Assembly: GCA_029717555.1 (NCBI GenBank)
Contig: JAMDHS010000011.1
Coordinates: 186,001 to 250,000, forward strand
DNA: 64,000 bases
Source: Peribolospora baueri
Lineage: Eukaryota
Direction: 5' to 3'
Shown: one piece after another, positions 23,266 to 34,838 of the stretch
Position numbering within the stretch: the stretch's first letter is position 1
How the letters are laid out: each line of letters starts with the position of its first letter
Notes under the pieces: generated by a model
Told to the model about the DNA's origin: nothing
Seen by the model: the letters and a program-made list of their open reading frames with translations, nothing else
The model's database searches: none
Position numbers and translations under genes: made by a program

Positions 23266-23761
23266 ATGTCTTGCGCACCGTTACGAGCAGAGCTAGCACA
23301 ATGCCTTCTCCGAACGGACTGTGTGCTCAAGGACCGTCGCACGCCGCAGGATTGCCTCCAGAATCACTTGCAGAGCCTTCCGGACGAATGCAGACACCTT
23401 TACAAGGCTTACGTTGAATGCCGGAGAGGTCTCGTAAGTTCTCTATAAATATCTGTTTTGAAGGTTCGGTGGGGCGTGGTCAAGTCGTGAGATGGGCGTC
23501 ATCCGATGCAATACCCTTGACGGAAGGGAGATCTCTGACTTCCGCCGCTCTTTGCTTCCTCCACCCCTCGGCCCTGCCCATTCTTCTTCACAGCTCGACA
23601 TGCGAAAACGCATGCGGGGCAACTTACCTGTCTCGGGACGATCAGCGCACCCTCCTCAGGCACCCGGCAGCAACGAGACGGTATCCAGCGGCGAGGAGAC
23701 GGCGGCGACGGCGACTGAGAGGGCAGAGATGGGACAGAGCAGGTCGGATCGGGGACGATAA
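23266..23761 (+). CDS. PET191: Cytochrome c oxidase assembly factor Pet191/COA5 (twin CX9C), 2 exons
   Basis: MSCAPLRAELAQCLLRTDCVLKDRRTPQDCL...LPDECRHLYKAYVECRRGL | GTAAGT..CAG intron | LDMRKRMRGN. Confidence 0.9.
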
Positions 23762-25758
23762 CGCTGGCGAGATGGCACGAAGGTCGGCAGTGTTGACCAT
23801 CTGGTGGTGGTGATGGTGGTTGTAAGCAGTCCCGACTGCATTGATTACGTCGTAAACCTTACCTTCCCCGATCCTCGAAGACACGTAGCTCTGCTCACAT
23901 CCGCTTGTCGGATATTTTATCAAGGCCTCTTACGTATGCGAGTGGAGCGATGCTCGGATAGAATACCTTTTTGTCGCCGCTCGCTCGCGTGCTCACGCTG
24001 GCTTTTCCGAACGCGTCCCGCAGAAGATTCGACTCGCGCCGGGTCCGGTATCTAACGTCGCTTTTTATGTTTCACGTCCTTGCAAGATTTAGCGGATTTG
24101 AGAACCTTTCGGAGCGACCCTTTGTCTTCATTTCCTCCTCTTCCTTTGGTTGCCGTCTTCCTCTTTGAGCTGACAACTACCGCGACCTCAGGCTAACAGG
24201 CCAGACTTAACGCAAGTCAGGCGACTCAGGGTGTCCAAGGCACGCGGATAGGCTCGGATGGCTTGATGGACTTGATGTGAGCTAGAAATGGTCCTCCTGC
24301 GGCGCCAAGATAGTAGCCGGCCACGTTTGAGGTGTTGACGACTTTGCTCGATTCGCGTGGAGGGGATAGCGACGAGTTGTCTCGGCTGGCGCAGCGACAG
24401 CGCACGTCGAGAGCGAGGGCAATCGCCTGCTCTCCCAAAGCGGACACTAACGGTTGCGGTGAAGCGGAGGCAGCAGCAGCCTACTTTGGCGTCGACTCCG
24501 TTCCGTCGAGAACACCGGCTCCTACCTGTGGGTTTCACCTCTGTGTCGTCCTCGTTGTCCGCAGATCGTGGAGAAGAAACTCCTCGAGAGAAACAGAGTC
24601 CAGACGCTGGTTGCCTGTGGACAGGAATCGAATCCATGCTAGGGCGATGGCCGATGCTGCTGTCGGCTGGGGTACAAGCGGTCGAAGTGGGGGATTGTCT
24701 GCTTTCGAAGAAGCACTAGCTGCCCTCAACGAACGCGGCCGACCGTGCCGCTTTGTCGTCGCCCTCCAGCACCGATTCCGCAATGGTCTCTTCCCACTCT
24801 TCCACTGCGACTGCCAAAGTGGTGGGCACCGATAGTCGACAAGGATCAGTAACCGTCTCACGCACGCTCAACAGCGCGTCGTCTCTTGTCTCTTAACTTT
24901 TCAAAAGGTTTGCTGGCCACAAAAACAATAAGAAGGATGGCAATTGTGGAGGAACGGATGGCGGTTATGGAGAGATAGAAGACTCTTGGCTGGGCAACGC
25001 TCTCCTGAGTCCCGTCTTGCTAGCAGACACCACCACTTTACAAATGCTCATTTTAGACCTTCGTCTAATAGACATTTAATCGACCAGAGTTACAGAAGCA
25101 TGGATCCCTTGAAGATCCACGGTCTTCATGGCCTTAACGAAGGCCGAGACATCTACGGCGTGAGGTGGGGCGATGCTTCTGGCTTCGGCAGGTGTGAGTA
25201 TCAGTGTTCGAAGGCATTCAGAAGGGCAGTAGGGAAGAAGGTTTACTGGATACGCGATGGGGAGGGAGGTCGGGTTTGGGCGGTGAGAGTCCATCAGAGT
25301 TGTTAGGGGCCAATGATCCTTCTGATAAGTTCGTCCTCCTCTCCTCATTTACAATGTTTGCCAGCAACCCCATTTTCACCTTTGCCTTTGAGGACACGGC
25401 GACGTCCGTGTCAGTCTCAGCGTCTTTCGCTTCATGGAGGTTTGCAGAAAGGTGCGGGACTGGACAGCTTTCTCGCCGTCCGGCTGAGCGAGGCTTAGAA
25501 GTGTTGAGCTGGAACACGAGGGGGCCGGACGAGATGTCATTTCCATCAGAGACATGCAGCCGGACAGAACCAAACTCGGCCGCATACATGATGTACAAAG
25601 AAATAAAGAAGATCAAGGCGGAGGAAAATGGGATGGACCTCCGCTTTTTTTCCGCCTTCAAGCAAGAGGGACGCCGAGAGAATCAAAAAAGGTGAAGACA
25701 TACAGAAATATAAGCGAGAGAAGAAACGAGGCGAAGTGAAGCCGGGCTACAGGGGAAA

Positions 25759-27364
25759 TCAAGCGACAAGGGACTCGAAATTGAAGGTAGTGCCCTTGGT
25801 CGCACCGCTCGGGTAGACGTGCTTTGCGGCCGAGCTACTAAACCCACGAGGTGGAGGAAACTGAGAGGAGTGTTGGAAGGAGTGTGGGCCTGAGTTGGGT
25901 GGGGGAGAAGGGACTATTGGACGATGGACGAAAGGAATAAACCACGAGTTAGGACAAGAACACAGGCGACCATCTTGGGCAGAATGAAGGAGGCGATCAT
26001 TTTGATGAACAGTCAAAGATGACTCACTTCTGGACACTCTGCCATTCGGCCCTCCTCTACTCGGTGCACTGGCAGCAGCCGCAGCAACAGCCGCAAGAGG
26101 CGGCGGCGGCGGCCTAGCGGCGGGCGGAGGAGCCCTCGCGCTGGCGGCAGGACTAGGCATAGCAGGGGAGGGAGGAGGGGGAGCGGCGGGTGCGGCAGGT
26201 GGCGTCCTTGACGACGGTGGAGGGGGTGGCATTCCCCTTGGTGGCGGGGGCGCGGGTGACGCGGGCGTCGAGGAAGGAGTCGCTTTAGGAGGAGGCGGAG
26301 TGGCGCGTGCTGGGGAGGCGGCGTGTCGCGGCGGAGGTGGCGGCGTAGCTCTGGTGAGCGCACCGGATGTGCCATTAGTGAACGCATTTACGGCGGAAGG
26401 TCGAGCAGGCGGCGGAGGAGGCACAGCTCGCGCCGGGGAGCCGCTCGTAGGCGGGGGCGGTGCCGGTACTTTTCGTGCCGGAACCGTGTGTCCAGCACCT
26501 CCGGGACCCGATGAAGCGGGCGGGGGTGGTGGACGAACAGCGCGGGCCGGGAGAGTCGCACCTCCAGGGCGAGGCGGAGCTGGAGGAGAGGTTGGGGTGC
26601 TACTGGTAGGCCTGGGCGGAGGCGGAGGAGCTCCCGGTCTTCGCGGAGGTGGAGGAGCAGATGACGCCGGTCGGGACGGAGGCGGTGGAGGAGACGGCGC
26701 CACTGGGGGTGCAGGAACTGAGGATGTCGGACGTGGAGGTACGATGTGTAGGGAAGGCCGGGGACGAGGAGGAGGGGGTGCAGACGAAGGTGGTGGAGGA
26801 CGTGGGGGAGCCGGAGGGGCAGCCGATGTAGACGGAGGAGGTGGGGGCCGAGCGGACGGAGCGGTAGCGGCAAATCTGGAGGGAGCAGGTGGAGGAGCTG
26901 GTCGAGCCGGTGGTGGTGCTCGGCCAGGAGCTGGCGGAGCAGCACCGCGCGGGGGAGGAGGTGCTGAAGAGACAGGTGGCGTTGGACGCGCTCCGCCCGT
27001 TTGCTTGAGTTTGGGCATCCCTCCCGCAAACAGCCCACCGAGCTGTGGTGGTCCAGTCGGACTAGCGCCATCGCTGCCTTTTCCTCCCCCTCCTCCTCCT
27101 GACGCTCGTCCGCTCGGCACTGGAGGTGCTCCTCCGACGGCAGGCCCACTGGGCTTGCTGGCTACGGCAGGCGCAGATCGGTCATTTGTTACCGTTTCTT
27201 CGTGGTGGCGGCGCAGCAACAGGTCATCGAGACGGATAGTACAAGGAAACTTAGTCGAGCGGATCATTTGCACCACAAAGACGGGTGACGGGGGACTAAC
27301 GACGACGACACTTACTCTTGAGACCTTTGCCCTTCTGGATCGAGGCTAGCAGGTCCTGGTTCAT
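25759..27364 (-). CDS. VRP1: Verprolin/WIP actin-binding protein (WH2 + polyproline)
   Basis: Spliced N-terminal WH2 MNQDLLASIQKGKGLK|KTVTNDRSAP, second WH2-like PQLGGLFAGGMPKLKQT, long polyproline body, and C-terminal FPPPRGF...HVYPSG WASP-binding-type motif. Confidence 0.88.
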
Positions 27365-27942
27365 CCTGGCTTGTCGTCCGGCTCGGTGCGGAGGCTTGCT
27401 ATAACTCGTGAAGAAGTGCGGTGATGAGTTGGGCCTAAAAGGGGGATAAAACGACAGTGTATGTGGCGAAGAAGAGCAGATGGACGTCGCCGTCGAGCAC
27501 GGAACGGCGTCGAGGTCGGAGCAGAGGTGTCGATGACGCACACTCTGCTTCCGGTTAGGGTTACCGCGAGAAGAAAGGGACAAGGCGGGGTCGACAACCT
27601 GGGCGACGCGCATTAGAGCTCTGGACGGACGCGTCGCAAATCGATCTCCTCGACCGGCCTTGTGGTGTCAAGGGCGAAGGCTTTGTATACCCAGGGTATG
27701 CGGTGGTTCTCGAGATCTCTGACCGACTTTGGCGGGAGGGTCGTGATCACGCTAGGCGTCAGGTTATGGGAAGTGCTAGAGAATAGGTTCAGACAGACAA
27801 GACGTGATGTGTTCTCATAGAATACAAGGGGAGTAAAAGGGTATCGCGGACGACAAAAAATCCGAGACCAGCTTCAAAGGGAATCAGTGCGACCGTCGAG
27901 ACACCGCTGACGACCACGTCCACGCAAAGAATGACGGCTAGC

Positions 27943-29286
27943 TCAGGTTATGGTATTGGCTGACGACTTCCGTCCTCCTCCTCCTCCTCCCTCCGCGCCT
28001 CGACCTTGCTCCTTGGTCTCTAAACCCCACTTCTTGCGCCTCGTCGCCTCTCCGCGAAAAAAGGCGGCGTCGGAGGAGGATGCAAAGGCGGAGGTTGTCG
28101 TCGTCGGAGGGAGCCGAGAGTCATCGCCGGTGCGACGGGCCGAAGGGGCCGAGGAGGATGTCGAGCGAGCGCCAGGTGGGTCGCCGCCGGATGAGCCGGG
28201 GTATGGCGGGGGAGGGTGTGAGGGGAGCGAGGGCGTTTGGGACGACTGGGAGTGCGCGTGAAAGGCGGGAAGGGACGGGGCGAGGGGATGTGCGCGCGTG
28301 TTGGAGAGGCCCGGCATTGGAGGTTTGGCGCCCATGTCATCACGCCCTTCGGACAAGGAGGAGTCGTGGCCAGAGGAGCCGGACGCATCCGCCTGAGCAG
28401 AGACAGGGTACTCGTGCTCCTCCTCGCGGTCGCCGCGGCGGCGTCGCGTCTTGCCCTTGCCCTTGCCCTTGAGTCTCTTCCTCTGGCCGCGCTGCCGTCG
28501 CTCATCCTCGGCGGCCCCGTTCTTCTCCTCCCGACTGATCTTCGTCGTCACCGAGACATCAGATTCCGACCGTCCACCGTCGACGCCGACGCCGCCCAAG
28601 AGACCTCGGCCGGCGAGGCCGGCAAACGCGGCCGCCGCTCCTAGGCCGAGCGTGCCGCCGACAATGACGGCGACGCCGACGAAGATGTACACTGGCCAGC
28701 ACTCGGCGAGGAGGCGGAGGGCGATGCGATATGGCCGGAGAATAAAAAAGGAGGTGAGGGTGGCGGTGAGAAAGAAGAGGGGCGCGAGGAGGAACAAAAA
28801 CGGCGGGAGAAGGGTGTTGACGAGGGTGTCGACGAGGAGGAAGCGCGCCGTTGAAGCGAGAAGACGAAGGAGGAGAGGGACAGAAAGGAAGAGCGCTCGT
28901 CCGACGAAGCGGAGGAGGCGCCACAAGTGCGAGAGGGTGTTGAAGATGTGCGCCGGCTCTCCAGGCGGGCCCGCCAGACTTTGCGACGACGCCGGCCATC
29001 CATCGGCGGCGGCGGCGGCGGAGGCGGACGGGGCGCCATGCGCGACTCGGTCGACGACAACGACGTCTTGTTCGACAGGCGGCGACGAAGAGGGAACGCC
29101 GATTCGGGGGCCAACGGGGTGCAACCGACGATGGGGCGGCTCTTGGTGGTGGTGCGGAGGGAGAAGGTGCTGCTGGCCCGGAGGATCGTCTCGCTGAGCG
29201 ACGGAAGCCGAAGGCAGCGCCAGGAGAAGGAGGGCGCAAAAGAAGGAGGAGGCGCCGATGACGACGACGCCCCGTGACGGCCTCAT
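27943..29286 (-). CDS. Hypothetical membrane protein with signal peptide
   Basis: Intronless ORF from ATG 29286. It has a hydrophobic N-terminus (VVVIGASSFFCALLLLALPSASVA), 2-3 central hydrophobic helices (…WPVYIFVGVAVIVGGTLGLGAAAAF) and a basic, disordered tail. Family not recognised. Confidence 0.6.
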   Translation of the reverse strand: MRPSRGVVVIGASSFFCALLLLALPSASVAQRDDPPGQQHLLPPHHHQEPPHRRLHPVGPRIGVPSSSPPVEQDVVVVDRVAHGAPSASAAAAADGWPASSQSLAGPPGEPAHIFNTLSHLWRLLRFVGRALFLSVPLLLRLLASTARFLLVDTLVNTLLPPFLFLLAPLFFLTATLTSFFILRPYRIALRLLAECWPVYIFVGVAVIVGGTLGLGAAAAFAGLAGRGLLGGVGVDGGRSESDVSVTTKISREEKNGAAEDERRQRGQRKRLKGKGKGKTRRRRGDREEEHEYPVSAQADASGSSGHDSSLSEGRDDMGAKPPMPGLSNTRAHPLAPSLPAFHAHSQSSQTPSLPSHPPPPYPGSSGGDPPGARSTSSSAPSARRTGDDSRLPPTTTTSAFASSSDAAFFRGEATRRKKWGLETKEQGRGAEGGGGGGRKSSANTIT

Positions 29287-29764
29287 CGCTGCTTGACCGT
29301 GGATTGGAAGCCAAGTCAAGGCTTCAATCTTCGGCGAGCTGGACGGCGCAAGCGGTGGCCGTCCGTCCGTCGAGATCGCGGCCGCGGCGAGTGATCGCGG
29401 ACTTAAACGGCTTTTCTTCCCCGCGCATATCACATGTCACAACTCTGCCTGCCGCGCGTACGACAGCGACGACGACGACATGGAACATTCATCTCATCCG
29501 ATTCGTTAGAACGACAGAAAGTCTCAAAGCTAGTCAAGAGAGCGAACGAGGCATTGGAAGCGCAGAGAGCCGCTAAAGAGAAAAGTAGGCACAGAGAGAG
29601 AGAGAGAGGAATGTGAAGTGCGGGAATGGATCCGAGGGCATTTGTCGTGCAAGTCGTCAGCAAAAAAAAAAAAAAATGGTGCTTGCGTGTGCGGCGCCCG
29701 CGGTAGACCGAACAGCGCCGGACGGTCTCTGCTGAGCCGAGCCGAGCCAAGTCGAGTCGAGCGT

Positions 29765-32700
29765 TCAGCATACGCCGTGCGTCTTGCCGGTCTTTCCCTG
29801 CACCAGGGAGGGTGTAGAGGAGGCAAAGATAGTGAGCCTGGCTCGAGCCGAACCGATCCGTCCGCCCTTCTCACCTGCAGGCTGTGGTCCTTGTGGTCGT
29901 GCACGGCGTGGCGGTGGTGGCGCCTCTTGCGGCTATGCTTGCCGTGGCTGACGGGGCGGACAGAAAGGTAAGGCGGGGCGTCGTCGTCAGCCTTCGTCGC
30001 TGCTCGCCTTTCGAGTCGAGATCGGGGGTGAAGCCGCGAAGCGTGGCGGGCGGTGGTGGGCGAGCAACTCACTCCATCATGGTCTTCACGGTCGTCTTGT
30101 CGAGCGTGTCGAGGTACTCGCACGTCTGCATGATGTCGCGCACGAGGAGCTCAGCGCGGTTGCGGCTGTCGTACGGGGACGGGGGCGACGACGAGGGAAC
30201 AAGAAAATGTCGGGCGTGAGTCGGCCCTGTCCGGCAGGTGGAAGGAACTAGCGAAGGGTCAAACTCGCCCCAAGTCCTGACGGACGACAACACGGAGCAT
30301 CTTGAGCGTGTTCGCGTGAGGGGCCCTGGAGGAATGACGAAGGGCGGAAGGGAGTGTGTGTGAGAGAGAGAGAAGCCCGGACGAGATCGGCCGGACGGTT
30401 GCGGATTGGAGCGGAGGCGTCTCACATGGTGTAGGCAGGAACGATCCAGCTAGCGGAGATGGGGAGAGAGAAGGCGATTAAGCCGGTGGTCGCCGGAATC
30501 AGCGTTCGGCGTTCCGGTAAGGTCACACGCACGCAGGGCGACGGACACACTCACCCCTTCTCGCGAATCTTGGCCGCGATGGCAAACTCGTCGTAGTTCT
30601 TCTGAACTCCCTTCTTGAGCTTGAACGCGACGAGCGGGAGGCCCTTGCCTTGTCCGTCGCTCATAATGTCGAACCGGCCCGAGGCGACGAGGCAGTCGGC
30701 GATAAAGTCGGCCGTGGAGGTGGCGTTCTCCATGATGGCACGGTACCTGGTACATCGTCGAGGACATGACCGATCACAGCCGAGCCCTTCAACGTCGAAA
30801 GAGCGCGCGACGACGAATGTGTGGGAGGGAAAAACAATACACGAGTGCTCACCCGCTCCTTCCGTACCGAATCAGCGTGTAGTACTGTGCAACGACCTGA
30901 CTCGCGGGCTTGCTGTCGGGCGAAGGCGCAAGGAGAAAGGGAAGGAAAGGGGTGATTCGAAGGTCAAGAAGGGCTCGATAAAAATGACATGTCGCGTTGG
31001 TCGTACCTGAAGTTGATGGTGAACGAGGCCTGGTCGTTGCCTGAACCGCGGAAGGAACGCCGGAAGAAGGAAAGAGCACTTGGTCAACGAGGGAGCGGCG
31101 AGGTTGACAGCTTCGCCTGCTTGCCAATCATGCGACGTACCGAGGTAGTTGACGTGGAAGACGAGCTCCTCGGGGAGGTACTCCTTCGAGCGCCAGACGG
31201 CCCAGCCGAGACCGGGCGGGGCGAGGCCGTACCTAGTGGCCAAGGAAAACAAAAGGGAGTCTGTGAATTCCAAAGGTCGATGCTGTGCCGAACGTGCGTC
31301 GCGACAGACTCACTTGTGGCCCGAAGTGTTGATAGAGACGACCCTGGGTACGCGGAAGTCCCACTTGAGGCCGGGGACGACGAAAGGGGCGACGAAGCCT
31401 CCGCTGGCGGCGTCGACTGGAGCACGTCGATGCGAAGCGTCAGCGTAAGAAAGACGTCGTCTCGATCGAGGCGCGCGAGGCGTCCCCGCTCGCCGCGTCG
31501 CACGATGCTCACCGTGGATGGGGACGTCGACGCCGGTCTCCTGCTGCTTCTTGTCAAGCTGTAGAAGACGACAAGGGTTCGTACGGTGGGCGGGCCAAAG
31601 TCAAAGGGCGCACTCCTCGAAACACGTGCCGCGCGGCCGCCGGCTTCGAAACTCACCAGGTCTGAGAGAGCGAGGACGTCCTCGTACTGGCCGGTATAAG
31701 TCGTACTGTGAACGCGGAACGTGTCGTATCGACGGCACGTGTGTGCGGCGTGGTGAGGAACGGCGGTGCGGTGGGGCTGCTCGAAGGCTCACCCCATAAT
31801 GGCGCAGACGCCGATGGTGTTCTCGTCGCAGACTTGGGATGAGAACGGCGGGAACGGGCGTCGGTTGAATGAATGAATGAATGAATGACCGTCGACTCGT
31901 TTTCTGCTCCGCCTACGACTAGAAAGCCTCGCGATGGCCGTCATCCCACGACGAGTCCCGACTCACGATCGGCGGCCTCCTTCGGGTCGATGACGTAGGT
32001 GTCCTCGGTGACGTAGCAAAACTTCTCCTCAACCTCGAGGTACTGCACGACGGAGGGTAAAGCGCGGAAGGGTTAGCGAAGCGGAGGACAGAAAGAAAGA
32101 ACCCGTCCGGCCCTTGGACCCGCCCTGGTGGCCTTCTCCCAGCAGACTTGGACCGCAGAGCTCATGACGAGGTTGGGCTTGCTGTAGTCCTTGCCTGAGC
32201 GAGGAAAATCAAAAGTCGGGTGAGCGAAAAAGGCGTTGCTCTGCTCATTGCGGCGTGTCCGGTGTCCGTCGCGCTTGCTCACCCTCAGCCTGCCTCTTCT
32301 TCTGCCACCTCTTCTTCATGGCGAGGACGGAGAGGATGATAGCCTCGGACGAGCCGACGGTCGACACGCCCAGGGCCTCCTCCTCGATCTTGGAGCGCGG
32401 GGCGTTGAAGAGATGGCTGATGATATTGACGCAACGGTTGTGGATCTCGACCGTCGAAGGATACTCTGCGAAATCGTGCGCAGACGGGAGAGGAGGCGGA
32501 CGCTGAGTCGGTGATGACACACACACATCTCCTTTGTCCTCCTTACCCACCTTCGTAATCGATAAAGTTCTGAGGCAGCACGAAACATGGAACGGGGGAT
32601 GAAGGGAGAGTGAGAAGAGAGGGAGACGGGATCGTCGACGTGCGGCGCAACAAAGGGGAGATGAGACGCACCTTGTTCATGTTCTCGGCCATGAGCTTCT

Positions 32701-33348
32701 CGGCCTCCTCCTCCTGGTAAGTGCTGTGATCGGCGAACGGCGGGGATCATAAATGAATTAATTCATCGAATGATATCGGTCGTTGGGCCCTGCAGACACG
32801 AGGGACGGGACGCACTTGACGAAACTGGCCAAGTCTTGTTAACGAAACGAGGAAGATAGGAAGGGAGGGGCGATGATGAGCATGCGAGAAACGAGCGTCG
32901 GACGGACGGGCGGACGCTCACTGAGGGCGGGGATACCATCGAGCTCGAGCTCGTCCTTGATGAGGTGGTACGCGGTGCGAGCGGGCATCTCGTCCTACGG
33001 GCGGGCGGGCGGGGAAAGGAGGATCGGAGGAAGGGTGAGCTGACAAGGCTCGCATTGATCGCCAAGCCTGGCGATCGCCAAAATCAAGGCGAGGCAAAGA
33101 GGCAAGACGTAGACAACGGGGCGCACCTCAGGCATATCATACTTGCCAAACCCGTGTCCCCTAGCGTGAGTGGATCCGTAAACGGTAGTGGAGATGAACT
33201 CGGGGTGATGAGCGGGGAGATCGGACGCTGCGGCCTTGCGCTCGTCCGAGATTACGCCGCCTGATGGTGGTCGGGTGGAGAGGAGGGAAGGGGCGGTGAG
33301 GAGCGCCGAGCGGTGAAGACGGGAAGGAGACTCACCGAGAAGAACCAT
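29765..33348 (-). CDS. GAD1: Glutamate decarboxylase (PLP-dependent, group II), ~22 exons
   Basis: Hand splicing gives [84 protein letters not shown], the PLP-lysine motif [31 protein letters not shown] and C-terminal KTHGVC*. Confidence 0.93.
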
Positions 33349-34417
33349 GTCGAGGTACGGGAGCTTGGACTGGGGGGAGGGTGAAGAGGAAGCAAGGCAA
33401 AGGGGAAGCAAGAGGCAGCGTCGTCGTCGTCGTTGTCGTCGTCCGTCTATATATGTAGTATGTCCGACTCGCCTCATCTATGCGTGGCGCCTATCTATTA
33501 TCATCCATCCTCCGTGCGTCGTCGTCGAACGAGGCACGAGGCGCGACCGAACCGGACGGAGTGGTGACACTAACAGCCGTGCCGCGCCGTCGTCGGGGCC
33601 TGAGGCACGTGACGACGCCGACCATCGTCCCGACACCGAACGGCGGACGGGATGGACGAAGTTGGACATAAAGCGAGCGAGCCGAACCAATCTATACCTG
33701 CGCATAGTCAGCCCCCCCACCCCGGCTCGTCTTAGAATAGAAACCGAATCCGCCGCACGTCTCGCTGCGGTGCGCACCGGTTGCGAAGCGGACCGGGGTA
33801 TGGTGGATCTATTATCGTGTACGATCGATCCTCAAGTAGAACAGCCGGCCAGTCAAGCAACGACTTCTTCCTTGACCGTGCGCCCGATCGACCCCATTGA
33901 AAGGAATGAAAGAATAAATCAACGAACGCATTCGAAACCCGCTCACACTGACCGCCCGGCCATCGATTCGATTCGCTTTGGCTTGCTTCTCGATTCATCA
34001 TCTAAGAACTACTGTAATCTATAAGAGCGACGACTAGGGACTGGCGACTGGACTGGACTGGGCGACAAACAGGTGGACAGACGGGACGGGACGGGATGAC
34101 GGGATGCGACAGAAGAGGAAAAAAATAAATAGCGAAGCGGCGTTCTGGTCGCGGAACGGAAAGCGAACCGAAACAATATGTCGGACGGTGTGGGACTATG
34201 ACACAGTGCGCCGACCACACGGACACACCCAGCGGCCGGCGCAGACAAACGCGAGAACGCACGAAGGAACGTATGGACCGAGGATGGAGCGGGGGAGAAC
34301 GGACGGAACGAGGTGAGAAGAAGAGAGGGGTGCGGTCGAGACGAGACAAGACGAGACAGACAATAGTCCAGGAAGGGAAGCAAGAGCACAGAACACACGA
34401 CCAGCAGAGCGGCGTGA

Positions 34418-34805
34418 TCAGGCCATCTCCACCTCCATGCCCTCCCTCGCCGTCGCCGTCGCCGACGTCGTCGTCGTCGGCGGCGCCATTTCCGTGTCTT
34501 TCTCCTCCTCCTCCTCCCCCTTCTCCCTCCGCGCAGCCGCCTCCGCCGCCTCCTCCGCCGCCCTGATTCCGGCGTCCAAACTGCTGATCGGAGGGAGTAA
34601 TACTGCGCCCTTGTCCTTGTCCGAGCCCGATGCGGAACCCGAGGCCGAGACGTCGGCGCCGTTAGACGCCAAGGTGTCCTGCTGGGACGGCGGGAGGGCT
34701 AACGGGGGAGGGAAAGAGGGAGGCGCGATGCTCGCTGACGTGCTCCCCGCCGGCGTATTCGGCGCCGACGAGTGACTCGCTGAGACGGCGTGCTGGTGGG
34801 GGTGT

Positions 34806-34838
<33 letters not shown>

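Noticed and set aside
26300..27349. 349-aa Gly-rich plus-strand ORF
   Set aside because: Antisense shadow of the polyproline verprolin exon.
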